From the IMG/VR virus record IMGVR_UViG_3300020733_000010, positions 1 to 64,000 of that record: a stretch of DNA of 64,000 nt; one strand, 5' to 3'. This DNA comes from a virus. The notes below the pieces were generated by a model that was given only the letters and a program-made list of their open reading frames with translations, was not told the DNA's origin and did not search any database. Shown piece by piece: positions 27,949 to 37,661 of this stretch (position 1 is the stretch's first letter; each line of letters opens with the position of its first letter). The position numbers and the translations under genes were made by a program.

Positions 27949-28257
27949 TTATAATTTGTTAAGTAGTCTATCTGTCTCTGGTTGCACAATATCTGCAATA
28001 ATCTGAACATCAAATACAAAAGAGATACTAATAGAAATTGGATCAAGTTCTTCTAACTTACGATTTACTATTTGTTCAATCTCTTCAGGTTCAAGACCTT
28101 GTTTCAATAACGTTTGAATGTTGATAGTATGTTGCTTTTTACCAATCAATTTAACAACAACTTTTTTAACGAATTGAATGGGAACATCAGTCTTTTCAAC
28201 GTCCAGAAGAATATGTTCCCATTTTTTGATAAACTCTGGTGGTGCTTTTTTCATCAC
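27949..28257 (-). CDS. hypothetical protein
   Basis: ORF; ATAAATA 4 nt before ATG at 28254. Confidence 0.75.
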   Translation of the reverse strand: MMKKAPPEFIKKWEHILLDVEKTDVPIQFVKKVVVKLIGKKQHTINIQTLLKQGLEPEEIEQIVNRKLEELDPISISISFVFDVQIIADIVQPETDRLLNKL

Positions 28258-28261
28258 GTAT

Positions 28262-28984
28262 TTATGCTAGTGTTTTTGCCTTTGCAGGACGACCTCTTCC
28301 ACGTTTAGCAGGTTGATCTACAGATACAGTTGCTGCCTTTTCTGCAATTTGTGTACTAGTAGGAACACCTAACAATTGATTAGCTTCTTGTTGTAAGCGG
28401 TTACTCTCAGCTAACAAGCCTTTTGCTTCTGCTTCCATTTTACGTGCTTGCACTAACAAGTTATTTGCAATTTGATTATCAGCTAGGTAACCTTGTGCTG
28501 ACGATTGAATTGGTGGTTGTGCTGCTTGTGTTTGTGCTTCTTTGTTTTCACGCATTCTACGTGCAACATCTGCTGGACTTTGCAAACCACGTTGACTATC
28601 TAAGTCTTCAAGTTTCTTAACAGCAGCCTCACCTTGTTCCATCTGATCTAAGATTGTGTTTAGTTCATCCAAACGAATCTTGGTAGCTGCGTTAGGTGTC
28701 ATGATAACTTGTGATGTTTGAACCTTTTTAATCAGACCTTCTTGGTGCAACACTTGCAAAATAATCTTACCGTCACGTGTATAACTACGATTCAATGCTT
28801 CTGCGAATGTTTGTGTTGTTTGCCCAATATCGCTTTCCAATGCCTGCATCAATGGATCGTGAATGTGTGCGTTTAGTGTCTCAGTATTGCACACTAGACA
28901 CATGTGTGGTTCATTGGGCACCTCACGATAAAGTACAACGACTTTGCGATCACCAATTTTACCAACGTGTTTTAGAAAACTCAT
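28262..28984 (-). CDS. hypothetical protein with C-terminal AT-hook-like motif
   Basis: Coiled coil, then KRGRGRPAK; GGAG RBS. Confidence 0.75.
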   Translation of the reverse strand: MSFLKHVGKIGDRKVVVLYREVPNEPHMCLVCNTETLNAHIHDPLMQALESDIGQTTQTFAEALNRSYTRDGKIILQVLHQEGLIKKVQTSQVIMTPNAATKIRLDELNTILDQMEQGEAAVKKLEDLDSQRGLQSPADVARRMRENKEAQTQAAQPPIQSSAQGYLADNQIANNLLVQARKMEAEAKGLLAESNRLQQEANQLLGVPTSTQIAEKAATVSVDQPAKRGRGRPAKAKTLA

Positions 28985-29035
28985 ATTAATATCTCCTCAA
29001 GGATACTATATTTAATATGAGTTTTATTGTGAAAA

Positions 29036-29290
29036 TTATTTTCCGGACCAGCGTAGTTCGTACATCATTGCTTCACCTGGATCTTCAAAGTACATAAAAC
29101 TATCTAGGCCAGATAAAAACTCATTACTGTTTTCAGATATACCTACACCATATCTACCTTTGAGTCTTGTCATTACCCAAAGATTATTTTCAGTTGTCAT
29201 TGGGGTAGATGCTTTTACAAAATGGCGTGGAATGGGAGAGATTTCTCTCTCACCAAACCAAACATATGGATCAAGTTCTCGCTCAATCAT
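29036..29290 (-). CDS. small protein, WFxLRW family
   Basis: Ends MYFEDPGEAMMYELRWSGK. Confidence 0.75.
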   Translation of the reverse strand: MIERELDPYVWFGEREISPIPRHFVKASTPMTTENNLWVMTRLKGRYGVGISENSNEFLSGLDSFMYFEDPGEAMMYELRWSGK

Positions 29291-30561
29291 TTATGTTCAT
29301 CATACACCGCACACTGACCGAATGGGGGTTTTGGGTCAGGGTCACCATGAACGATCCAAGTTGTGTCACAGTAGTCAGGATCACCCCATGAACCACAAGG
29401 ATATCCGTCAGTGAAAACAATCAAGCGTTTTGGTACATTACCAATTTCTTTCAAGTAGTCAAAGATAACATCAAAGTCGGTACCACCGCCACCTTGTGGT
29501 TTGTATTCTTCAATACTATCCATGTTCTCGCTAGTAAAGTCTTGTGGATTGTACCACTTAGTGTCAAAACAGAATACATGGACTTTGTAGCCGTCAAAAC
29601 TACTCATCATGCCTGCAATTTCGCCCAAGAATGCTTGTGCTTGTTTGTCACTGATTGACCCACTCATGTCAATAGACACAACAACGTCAATCTCTTCACC
29701 CGGAGTCATGCCTGGCATAACTGCATCCATGTGCCAACCTCTGCGAGAAGGACGCATCCAAGAATAGTCAGTACGAATTGCACTAGTCAAGTTTGTTTGA
29801 ATCAGTTCACGCCAGGGCATTACTGGATCAGTAACTTGACGAACCAATCGTTCAACACCTAGAGGCAATGTACCTGCTTCTGCACTTTGTGCGGCGTTGA
29901 TAATTGCTTGTTTGACTTCTTGACGAATACGGTCTTTTTCTTCTTGTGACAGTTGAGGACGACCTTTGCCTTTTTGTTCACCATCGCCACCTTCACCCTC
30001 GTCACCATCACCATCCATGTGGTCGTCAAGCAACTGGTCAATCAATGAGTCAATGTTAATCTTTTGAACATTCTTCATCAAGTCATCATAGATTTCCTCT
30101 GCTGCCTTGCCATCATATTTTTGTTCATACAAGCAAGGAACAGTAGTAATGAATTGACCAACTTTGTGTCGCTTCAAGTCTGCGTTAACTGCATAGTCAT
30201 CAGCAATGTTCCAGATTTGAGGATCACGATGATTACGGCGACCCATGTGATCGTAGACCACGTGCAATACCTCATGTGCTACCAAGAACTCAACTTCTTT
30301 AGTTTTCAACATTTTAATGAAGCGGCTATTGTAATAGAATGTTTGACCATCTGTAGCCGCTGTACTCAACCACTCATCACCGTTGACAAGTTTCAAACGA
30401 GTAGCCAAGTTACCAAAGAAACTATGACGCAATAACAAACCAATACGAGCAGAGACAAGCAGTTCTCGTGCTTCTGCGTCAATCTTAGGGTCAGTAGGAC
30501 CTAAAAGATTATCAAATTTTGAATTGCGTGTTTTCTTTTTACCACCAATGACTTCGCTCAT
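29287..30561 (-). CDS. metallopeptidase-VWA fusion (DUF2201-like)
   Basis: TAATDG, HEVLH, WNIADDYAVN; VWA MIDAS DMSGS, FDT, GGGGTDF, VFTDG. Confidence 0.88.
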   Translation of the reverse strand: MSEVIGGKKKTRNSKFDNLLGPTDPKIDAEARELLVSARIGLLLRHSFFGNLATRLKLVNGDEWLSTAATDGQTFYYNSRFIKMLKTKEVEFLVAHEVLHVVYDHMGRRNHRDPQIWNIADDYAVNADLKRHKVGQFITTVPCLYEQKYDGKAAEEIYDDLMKNVQKINIDSLIDQLLDDHMDGDGDEGEGGDGEQKGKGRPQLSQEEKDRIRQEVKQAIINAAQSAEAGTLPLGVERLVRQVTDPVMPWRELIQTNLTSAIRTDYSWMRPSRRGWHMDAVMPGMTPGEEIDVVVSIDMSGSISDKQAQAFLGEIAGMMSSFDGYKVHVFCFDTKWYNPQDFTSENMDSIEEYKPQGGGGTDFDVIFDYLKEIGNVPKRLIVFTDGYPCGSWGDPDYCDTTWIVHGDPDPKPPFGQCAVYDEHK

Positions 30562-30609
30562 GTTAAACCTCTAATTAATTCTGATATGATGATTATAGCA
30601 CAAACCATA

Positions 30610-30762
30610 TTAAAGCGCAAGTCCACGATAACCTGCGTCAAACGCAATACGAGCATAATGGGCACCTGCTTCAATACAGTACAATGCCATTCCTTCGTCC
30701 TTGCTAAATCCTTGTGCGCGGACACGTTGACCAAGTGCATAGAAATATTTTTTACCTGACAT
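30610..30762 (-). CDS. 50-aa peptide with RMF-like motif spacing (not in ORF track)
   Basis: AAGGA RBS; MSGKKYFYALGQRVRAQGFSKDEGMALYCIEAGAHYARIAFDAGYRGLAL*. Confidence 0.65.
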   Translation of the reverse strand: MSGKKYFYALGQRVRAQGFSKDEGMALYCIEAGAHYARIAFDAGYRGLAL

Positions 30763-30774
30763 ATTAATTCCTTA

Positions 30775-30811
30775 GAAAAAATGGGGTGAGAACATTTCTA
30801 TCCTCACCCCC
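30775..30811 (-). terminator. intrinsic terminator after AAA ATPase
   Basis: GGGGTGAGGA/TTCTCACCCC stem followed by A and a T-run; a GCAA-tetraloop hairpin lies just upstream (30815-30830). Confidence 0.75.
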
Positions 30812-30854
30812 AAGAGTGTCTTGCGACACTAGGGAGTCAACTTACTGTTGACAA

Positions 30855-31973
30855 TCAGTTACCGGCATCAACAATGTATTTGCCGTATTTTTTGTGGAAC
30901 TCGTCAAAGTTTTTCAATTGAGTTGGTTCAATTGGCAAACGATATGTTTTCAACGCAATCTTAGCACCCATAACGACCAACTCTGTTTCAAAGTTTTTCA
31001 TCATGTATTCAATGAAGTTGTATGCCATTTCGTGGAACTTTTTGTTGTCCACTCGTTTGTTTTCAATAGCATCTTTCAATTCATAGCACATTGAAATTGT
31101 CAATGAGTACATCGCAGAAATTTCTTTGACCTGCAAGTCTTTGACCTTGCCTTCAAGAATGTCTGCTGGTGCGGGCATTTTACCTGCAACTTTACGGTGA
31201 GCCATGAACTTCACAGCAAGACCATCACCAACTGCACCTGCAACCAAGTTGAACAATGAATCAGTATCAATGTTGTCCTCGTCATTCAACAAGTCACTGA
31301 CAAAACACCATGAACGAGGTGTAGCGAATGCACGTGAACTTGACTTGGCATCAAATTCGTACATGTCATTTTTTGCGAATGAAAGATAACCAACAACGTC
31401 TTTGTGAATGTTGTTGTTCACAGCCCACAACTGCCACGCATTGAAGTCAGGTCGCATTTCCAAGTGAACGAAACGATTAGCGAGGGGCATTGGCATACGA
31501 TATGTAACACCTTTGTCGCTGTCACGGTTACCTGCCGCAACGATAACAACATTATCTGGCAACACATACTTACCAACACGACGGTTCAAGATAAGTTGAT
31601 AACCCGCAGCCTGTACAGCAGGAGGCGCACTGTTCATTTCATCCAAGAACAAAATCACAGTGTCAAATTGTGATGCAAACTCTTTGCTTGGCAAGTCAAC
31701 TGGCTCAGCCCAATCCATCTTGTTCAAGTCTTTGTTGAAGAATGGGATACCACGAATGTCAGTAGGCTCCATTTGTGCCATACGCAAGTCAATCATGGCT
31801 TCTTTAGAACCACCAAGCTCAATTGCTAGTTGTTGAACGACATCACTTTTACCGATACCGGGAGGGCCCCACAAGAACACGGGGCGTTTTGCTTTCATTG
31901 CTTGTTTCAGTGAACGAGCGGCTTGAATTGCAGTGATTGTGTGATTGTCACTGACGGGACTTACTGATGCCAT
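30855..31973 (-). CDS. MoxR/AAA_5-type ATPase partnered with the VWA protein
   Basis: WGPPGIGKS, LFLDEMN, AAGNR, PLANRF, TPRSW. Confidence 0.9.
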   Translation of the reverse strand: MASVSPVSDNHTITAIQAARSLKQAMKAKRPVFLWGPPGIGKSDVVQQLAIELGGSKEAMIDLRMAQMEPTDIRGIPFFNKDLNKMDWAEPVDLPSKEFASQFDTVILFLDEMNSAPPAVQAAGYQLILNRRVGKYVLPDNVVIVAAGNRDSDKGVTYRMPMPLANRFVHLEMRPDFNAWQLWAVNNNIHKDVVGYLSFAKNDMYEFDAKSSSRAFATPRSWCFVSDLLNDEDNIDTDSLFNLVAGAVGDGLAVKFMAHRKVAGKMPAPADILEGKVKDLQVKEISAMYSLTISMCYELKDAIENKRVDNKKFHEMAYNFIEYMMKNFETELVVMGAKIALKTYRLPIEPTQLKNFDEFHKKYGKYIVDAGN

Positions 31974-32042
31974 TATTAACTCCTGTTGTTGGCTTAGAAA
32001 AAAATTAAAGAACTTGTATTGTATGTTTGATTTGATTTTTCG

Positions 32043-32501
32043 TCAAGCATTTTTTACAAGTTTGTCAATGCGTTTGACCATTTGTTTTTCAACATAGATC
32101 ATTGCACGGGTAGCTAAGAGGCGTTCACGGGCGAACGCTTCCTGTTCCCAAGGACGCTCATGGTATTCTTTTAGAATACGCTGACCAAACCAGAGATTTT
32201 TGTTTCGTTTGCTCAATGATAGTTGACCTTTTGCAATTTGTTTAACATGAACCATTTCATGTGCGAGGCACAAGATCAAGTCACATTCACTAAGACCACC
32301 ATCTACAAACATTTGCATTTCACGGTCACCTGTTTTGGCAACCATTCCATTGTTGCCCTCACGCTTGCGTAAGCCTGGGGCATTATAAATTGTTAAACCG
32401 TAAGTGCTATTCTCTAACTTCAATTCTTTGGTCAAGAATGTAGTCACGAGGTCAATAACGATTCGGCGTTTGACTGAACTAGTTACGATTTCAATTTTCA
32501 T
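32043..32501 (-). CDS. putative zinc metallopeptidase
   Basis: LAHEMVHVKQ (HExxH) and PWEQEA. Confidence 0.8.
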   Translation of the reverse strand: MKIEIVTSSVKRRIVIDLVTTFLTKELKLENSTYGLTIYNAPGLRKREGNNGMVAKTGDREMQMFVDGGLSECDLILCLAHEMVHVKQIAKGQLSLSKRNKNLWFGQRILKEYHERPWEQEAFARERLLATRAMIYVEKQMVKRIDKLVKNA

Positions 32502-32507
32502 ACTGTA

Positions 32508-32536
32508 AGTATAGCAGGTGTTGGATTATTCGTCAA
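32508..32536 (-). promoter_or_regulatory. sigma70 promoter, ATG 6 nt after -10 (leaderless)
   Basis: TTGACG-17-TATACT-TACAGT-ATG. Confidence 0.75.
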
Positions 32537-32537
32537 G

Positions 32538-33059
32538 TCAGACAAAAGTATTAACTAATTGAGTAACATATTCCTCACTACTGTCACCCAAATCTTTTTC
32601 GTCTGTATAGACTGCAACATCGCCAAACTTTGCTAGTTTATGACCTGCGGCATCGTTGTCACAAACTGCAACAACTTTTCTATTCAAACAAGTAAGCCAG
32701 TTGCGTAAGTCAGGGCTGGGGTTGTTACTTAGTACTGCTAAAGCACTAACACCGCGACTTGTCAATCTTGCGGCGTCAAACAAGCCCTCTGTCAAAAAGA
32801 CAACATGTGGGGTTAAATGTAAACTTTCAACACCCCAAACTGCCAATGTGGGTTGTTTTCTGTATGTATAATACTTACCTAGCTTGGGATTGTTGCTGGG
32901 CTTTTTCTCGCCGAACCGACGATACTGCTGGTATCCACAAAAATTTCCTGACAAGTTCCAAAGGTAAAAGGCGGCAACATCGTTCTCAAGATCCAGCATA
33001 GGACGATGGAGTTCAAGATCCAAATGTCGCCTTTTCAGATGTTCAACTAAGGTTTCCAT
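32538..33059 (-). CDS. Toprim-domain primase-like protein (start 33059)
   Basis: VFLTEGLFDA, AVCDNDAAG, KDLGD Toprim motifs; lacks zinc-binding domain. Confidence 0.8.
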   Translation of the reverse strand: METLVEHLKRRHLDLELHRPMLDLENDVAAFYLWNLSGNFCGYQQYRRFGEKKPSNNPKLGKYYTYRKQPTLAVWGVESLHLTPHVVFLTEGLFDAARLTSRGVSALAVLSNNPSPDLRNWLTCLNRKVVAVCDNDAAGHKLAKFGDVAVYTDEKDLGDSSEEYVTQLVNTFV

Positions 33060-33086
33060 GTGCTTTTTACTCGCTTTTGATAAATA

Positions 33087-33115
33087 ATTATAGCACAAAG
33101 GGTAATTTGTGTCAA
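33087..33115 (-). promoter_or_regulatory. sigma70 promoter of the intact Toprim gene
   Basis: TTGACA-17-TATAAT. Confidence 0.8.
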
Positions 33116-33122
33116 TAAAAAT

Positions 33123-33180
33123 GTCCTTCGCGGTGGTGGAACACCCAAGGACTCTAACGCTACGAGGAGCAATCAGCATG
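33123..33180 (+). ncRNA. structured 5' leader RNA of GIY-YIG gene (copy B)
   Basis: GTCCTT/AAGGAC stem, CGC bulge, GGTG-GTGGAA-CACC hairpin, TCTAACGCT..GGAGCAATCAGC-ATG. Confidence 0.75.
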
Positions 33181-33711
33181 AATATTTATTCAAAATCAAA
33201 TCCGCCTATTGGATTTTATGTTTACGCATATCTAAGAGAATCCGATAATACCCTTTATTATATTGGAAAAGGTTGTAATACCAGAGCCACTGAAAGACAC
33301 TCAGTTGCGGTTCCTAAAATAGAATCAAAGATAATCATAGTAGAACAAAATCTAACTGAAATAGGTGCTGTGGCTATTGAACGCAGGCTTATTAAATGGT
33401 ATGGTAGAAAAGATTTAGGGACAGGTATATTACAAAATAAAACAGACGGTGGGGATGGTGGCAAAACAACATCTACTGAACGCCGAAAAGAAATCAATAA
33501 AAAAATGTGGGCAAATGGTGTGTTTGATAATAGACCAAAGCCAACTCAACAAACTATTGATAAAATCAAAGCAAAAAGAGCATTGCAGGTTATAACAAAA
33601 GAATCAAGAGAAAAATCAGCGGCTAAACAGCGTGGTCAACGAAGGACTCCGGAACAAAAAGAAAAAATGCGAATCGCTGCGTTAAACAGAAAATCCAAAG
33701 TCTCTAGATAA
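33178..33711 (+). CDS. free-standing GIY-YIG homing endonuclease
   Basis: FYVYAYLRE...[28 protein letters not shown]. Confidence 0.9.
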   Translation: MNIYSKSNPPIGFYVYAYLRESDNTLYYIGKGCNTRATERHSVAVPKIESKIIIVEQNLTEIGAVAIERRLIKWYGRKDLGTGILQNKTDGGDGGKTTSTERRKEINKKMWANGVFDNRPKPTQQTIDKIKAKRALQVITKESREKSAAKQRGQRRTPEQKEKMRIAALNRKSKVSR

Positions 33712-33823
33712 ATTGACCACTCAAGTTATACAAGTAAAATGTAGCCAAACCCTCATCTTCGTCTAGCATAGGACGATGCAGTTCTAAGTCTAAATGACGA
33801 TTGAGCAGGTGTTCTCTTAACAT
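33704..33823 (-). pseudogene. truncated 39-codon duplicate of the Toprim gene 5' end
   Basis: [39 protein letters not shown] versus METLVEHLKRRHLDLELHRPMLDLENDVAAFYLWNLSGNFC; has its own TTGACA-17-TATAAT promoter (33830-33858). Confidence 0.85.
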
Positions 33824-33896
33824 AACCATATTATACTATGTTTGGGCATTAGTGTCAACCTTTCAGCTAAATACAAAAGTACTAAGGAATTTCACT

Positions 33897-34994
33897 ATGG
33901 CATGGCCTGCTAATCCAACGAACGGACAACAAACAACAATCAACGGAACTACATTTCAATATGATTCTGCAAATGCGGCATGGAATCGTGTTTTTACATC
34001 TATCAATAACAACTTGCAATATGTAGGACAGATTTCAGCAAACGCACAACCTAACATTGTTTATGCCAATAACTTAACTACATTGGGTACACTAACAAGT
34101 CTTTCATTAGCCGGCAATGCTACAGTTAGTGGGGCAAACGTTATTACTGCTAACATCTTTACAGGTGCATACGCTAATGGAAATAGCAATATCAACATCC
34201 CAGCAAGTAATGGCAACATCAATTTCACTAGCGCAGGTAATGCTAATATTTTGATTGTTACTGGTACAGGTGTAAACGTAGCAGGTACGTTGAACATAGG
34301 AACAAACACAGCAAACGTAGGTAACTTGGGTGTTACAAGTAACGCAACTGTAGGTAACTTATTGTTTGGTACAGGTGTTGTGTCTGGTACAGGTAACGTT
34401 GTTGCTGGTAACTTATTGGGCCCACATGCTAATGGAAATAGTAACGTTAATATTCCCGCAGCCAACGGAAACATCACATTCACTAGTGCAGGTAACGCAA
34501 ACATTCTTGTAATAACTGGCACCGGTGCCAACATTACAGGCACTGGTAACATTACAGGTAACGTTGCAGTTGGTGGCAACTTAACTATTGCAGCAAATAC
34601 AACACATAACAACTGGGCTGGATTCTATTCTTCACAAGATAGAATGGTTCCATTAACAGGTGCTACTGGTGTTGTCAACCATGATATGAGCCAAGGTGCA
34701 TTGTTCTATCATACAAGTCCTGCTGCTAACTTTACACCAAACTTTACTAATATTGCAACAACATTTAGTAACGTAGTCACTGTTGCAACATTGTTGATTG
34801 TGCAAGGCACTACTGCATACATGCCACAAGCAGACGCTACTAACGTACAGATCGGTGGAAGTAACGTTGCAGTAAAATGGGTATACGGTGCAGCACCAAC
34901 TGGCACAGCAAGTTCTACCCAAATTGTTGCATACTCAATCATCAACAACAATGGTACTTACGCAGTACTAGGACAAAGTTCATTCTATCAATAA
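33897..34994 (+). CDS. tail fibre protein (start 33897)
   Basis: MAWPANPTNGQ...W N-terminal motif; Asn/Gly/Thr-rich repeats including duplicated ANGNSN(I/V)NIPA..GNI.FTSAGNANIL. Confidence 0.8.
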   Translation: MAWPANPTNGQQTTINGTTFQYDSANAAWNRVFTSINNNLQYVGQISANAQPNIVYANNLTTLGTLTSLSLAGNATVSGANVITANIFTGAYANGNSNINIPASNGNINFTSAGNANILIVTGTGVNVAGTLNIGTNTANVGNLGVTSNATVGNLLFGTGVVSGTGNVVAGNLLGPHANGNSNVNIPAANGNITFTSAGNANILVITGTGANITGTGNITGNVAVGGNLTIAANTTHNNWAGFYSSQDRMVPLTGATGVVNHDMSQGALFYHTSPAANFTPNFTNIATTFSNVVTVATLLIVQGTTAYMPQADATNVQIGGSNVAVKWVYGAAPTGTASSTQIVAYSIINNNGTYAVLGQSSFYQ

Positions 34995-35046
34995 TATTTG
35001 GGTAACATAAATCTCTGATACATAAATGTATTATATCGGAGATATT

Positions 35047-35388
35047 ATGCAATTAGAACAAGGTAATTTTTGCCCAATGCTTAAAAAAGACTGTGTGGGC
35101 TTAAAGTGTGCATGGTTTACAAAAGTTGAAGGTTATGATATCAATACAGGTAAACGTGTTGATGAATGGAACTGTGCAATGAAATGGTTGCCAATGCTAT
35201 TGATTGAAAACTCAGGCATGCAACGTCAAACAGGTGCAGCAGTTGAAAGTTTCAGAAACGAAATGGTCAAAGCAAATGAGGCATCACAAGAGTTATTCAA
35301 GGTAGCAGTTGCAAAGACTGCACAATTAGCACTTGATCCTACAAAACTTTTATTAGACAACGATGACAACCAATCAACAACTCAGTGA
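35047..35388 (+). CDS. Cys-rich hypothetical protein (likely start 35047)
   Basis: FCPMLKKDCVGLKCAWF...CAMKW; GGAG RBS. Confidence 0.7.
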   Translation: MQLEQGNFCPMLKKDCVGLKCAWFTKVEGYDINTGKRVDEWNCAMKWLPMLLIENSGMQRQTGAAVESFRNEMVKANEASQELFKVAVAKTAQLALDPTKLLLDNDDNQSTTQ

Positions 35389-36544
35389 AAACAATTATAT
35401 ATATCTTCCTAATTTCATTGATTCTACTGAAGCCAAAGCTCTTGCAAAAGAATTCAAAGACTTCTGTAAGAAACAACAATCAGTAGGTGATAGCCAAGTA
35501 CCTGAGAGTCAATCAGAATATAACTATATAGGCTTCTTAGAGTTACTGTGTGAAAAGACTCCTGAGATTACAAAGTTCTTGGGTGAGAAAGTGTTGCCAA
35601 CATACACTTACGCTAGAGTATATAAGAAAGGTGCAACACTAGAACGTCATCGTGATCGTGAAGCATGTGAGATAAGTTTAACATTACACTTAGATGGTGA
35701 CAAAGATTGGCCTATCTATATTCAGAAACCAAACGGTGATGAAATTAAACTAAGTTTAAAATCAGGTGATGCAATGATGTATCAAGGTATTATTGCCGAT
35801 CACTGGCGTGATAAGTATACTGGTTCTGATTATGTACAAGTGTTTATGCATTATGTACGCAGCAGAGGTGACAATGCTTGGGCAGTGTTTGACAAAGAGA
35901 AAAAGAAACCTGATGACTGGGTCAAAGCAGAAAGTGTAGAGCCTGAGGTTAAAAAGTTAGAAGCACCTAACATTATCACAGGATTACCTAACCTAGATGA
36001 CTATGTAATTGAACTAGAAAACGCAATTGACTTAGATTTGTGCAATGACATTTTATCAGAATACAACAATGCTAAAGACTGGGCACAGACTAGAATTGGT
36101 AATGGAGAAGTTGATACTAAAATTAGAAATGTAGACAGCATTTTACTTTCTGCAAGAAGTGTTATATCTAATAACCCTGAAGTTAGAACACAACTTGATG
36201 CTAGATTGTTCCAAGCAGCAAATAATGCAATACGTGAATACAATAAACGATTTCCCGATTCAGTAATTGAGCAAGATTCAGGATATGAACTATTGCGTTA
36301 TACTGAAGGTCAATTCTATAAAAGACACACCGATCATTTTAAAGCACAACCTAGAACAGTATCATGTAGTTTTTCATTAAATGATGACTATGAAGGTGGT
36401 GCTTGGAATTTCTTTGATGGTAAAATGATAGTTAGACCGTATGCTGGATCAGTACTTATGTTCCCGTCAAATTTCATGTTCCCTCACGAGATTTTACCAG
36501 TTACCAAAGGAACACGATATAGTGTAATTACTTGGTTTATCTGA
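35363..36544 (+). CDS. tandem two-domain 2OG-Fe(II) oxygenase (prolyl-hydroxylase-like)
   Basis: Domain 1 HRDR...HWR..Y; domain 2 HTDH...FPSNFMFPHEILPVTKGTRYSVITW. Confidence 0.88.
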   Translation: MTTNQQLSENNYIYLPNFIDSTEAKALAKEFKDFCKKQQSVGDSQVPESQSEYNYIGFLELLCEKTPEITKFLGEKVLPTYTYARVYKKGATLERHRDREACEISLTLHLDGDKDWPIYIQKPNGDEIKLSLKSGDAMMYQGIIADHWRDKYTGSDYVQVFMHYVRSRGDNAWAVFDKEKKKPDDWVKAESVEPEVKKLEAPNIITGLPNLDDYVIELENAIDLDLCNDILSEYNNAKDWAQTRIGNGEVDTKIRNVDSILLSARSVISNNPEVRTQLDARLFQAANNAIREYNKRFPDSVIEQDSGYELLRYTEGQFYKRHTDHFKAQPRTVSCSFSLNDDYEGGAWNFFDGKMIVRPYAGSVLMFPSNFMFPHEILPVTKGTRYSVITWFI

Positions 36545-36557
36545 CGATAAATATAGT

Positions 36558-37163
36558 ATGCCAAGATTTAATTCTCAACAGACTTTTGACTTTTACTTTG
36601 GTCAAAGTTTACAACCAGAAAACGAATACAATGGTGCAACAATGTTGTTCGCTATGTCTTCACCTCCACCTGGTTGGACAAAGGTTACTACATATAATGA
36701 TTATGCATTGAGAATTACTAATGGTACTCCTGGTACCGGTGGTTCAACTGCTTTTTCAACTGTCTTTACAACACAACCAGTATTCAATGGTGGTAACTAT
36801 GCAACTGGTCCATATCCAATAACTGTTGCCCCTCATACTATATCTGTTGCTGAAATGGTAACACACGATCACACATGGGGCCCTGGTGCTTATTTAGGTC
36901 CTGCACTAACTAGTTCATCTTCGGGAAGTCCATATAGTGCTCCGTTTAACCCGGGAGCACCATCTTGGACAGGTGTAGGTGGTTATTTTTATGGCATAGG
37001 TAATCCTTCTCCATATGTAAATTATTTAGGTGAGGCCACTGACTCCAATGGCATAGGTGGTGGGCATGTACATACTGCAACTGTATCCGGGGTTTCATTA
37101 TCATTATCAGTGAATTTCAACGTTAAATATGTTGATACAATTTTAGCAACTTACGTAGTATGA
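36558..37163 (+). CDS. tail-fibre tip/collar-like protein, paralogue 1
   Basis: PPPGWTK...NDYALR; two HxH motifs; C-terminal NFNVKYVDTILA. Confidence 0.75.
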   Translation: MPRFNSQQTFDFYFGQSLQPENEYNGATMLFAMSSPPPGWTKVTTYNDYALRITNGTPGTGGSTAFSTVFTTQPVFNGGNYATGPYPITVAPHTISVAEMVTHDHTWGPGAYLGPALTSSSSGSPYSAPFNPGAPSWTGVGGYFYGIGNPSPYVNYLGEATDSNGIGGGHVHTATVSGVSLSLSVNFNVKYVDTILATYVV

Positions 37164-37660
37164 CAACTCCTTCTATACCAAGCACTAGCATCACACTTTT
37201 TCGAAATAGTACTCCTCCTACTGGCTGGACAAAATTAACTACTAATAATGATTGTATGTTGCGTGTAACATCAAATGCTAGTATCACAACAAGTGGCTCA
37301 ATTAGTTTTAGTTCTGGATTGGTTAATAGTATTGCTACAAGTGCTACAGCATCTTTTCCAACAGTTACTCTATCCACTACTGTATCTGATGTTGCTTCTC
37401 ACAATCACAACGGGGGTACTCTTGTCAGCTATACGAATCGTTACACTGGTACTACTCTTGGACCAACACAGCAAGGTGTGTTTGCAGCCGGCGGTGCCCA
37501 AACACAAACACAACCCACTTATGGTCTTTTTAGTCCTTCTGGTGCGGGACACTCACACACAGGTTCAATGCCAGGAACCTACCCATCATTTCCGTTCACA
37601 GGTTCAACACTAAATTTTGGTGTTAACTATATTGACCTAATCGTGGCTCAAAGGAATTAA
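37160..37660 (+). CDS. tail-fibre tip/collar-like protein, paralogue 2
   Basis: PPTGWTK...NDCMLR; HNH and HSH; NFGVNYIDLIVA. Confidence 0.75.
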   Translation: MTTPSIPSTSITLFRNSTPPTGWTKLTTNNDCMLRVTSNASITTSGSISFSSGLVNSIATSATASFPTVTLSTTVSDVASHNHNGGTLVSYTNRYTGTTLGPTQQGVFAAGGAQTQTQPTYGLFSPSGAGHSHTGSMPGTYPSFPFTGSTLNFGVNYIDLIVAQRN

Positions 37661-37661
37661 T

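Noticed and set aside
32538-33823. Self-splicing intron joining the 39-codon fragment to the Toprim gene
   Set aside because: The downstream gene already has a complete equivalent N-terminus and its own promoter, the endonuclease is antisense, and no intron core was recognised.
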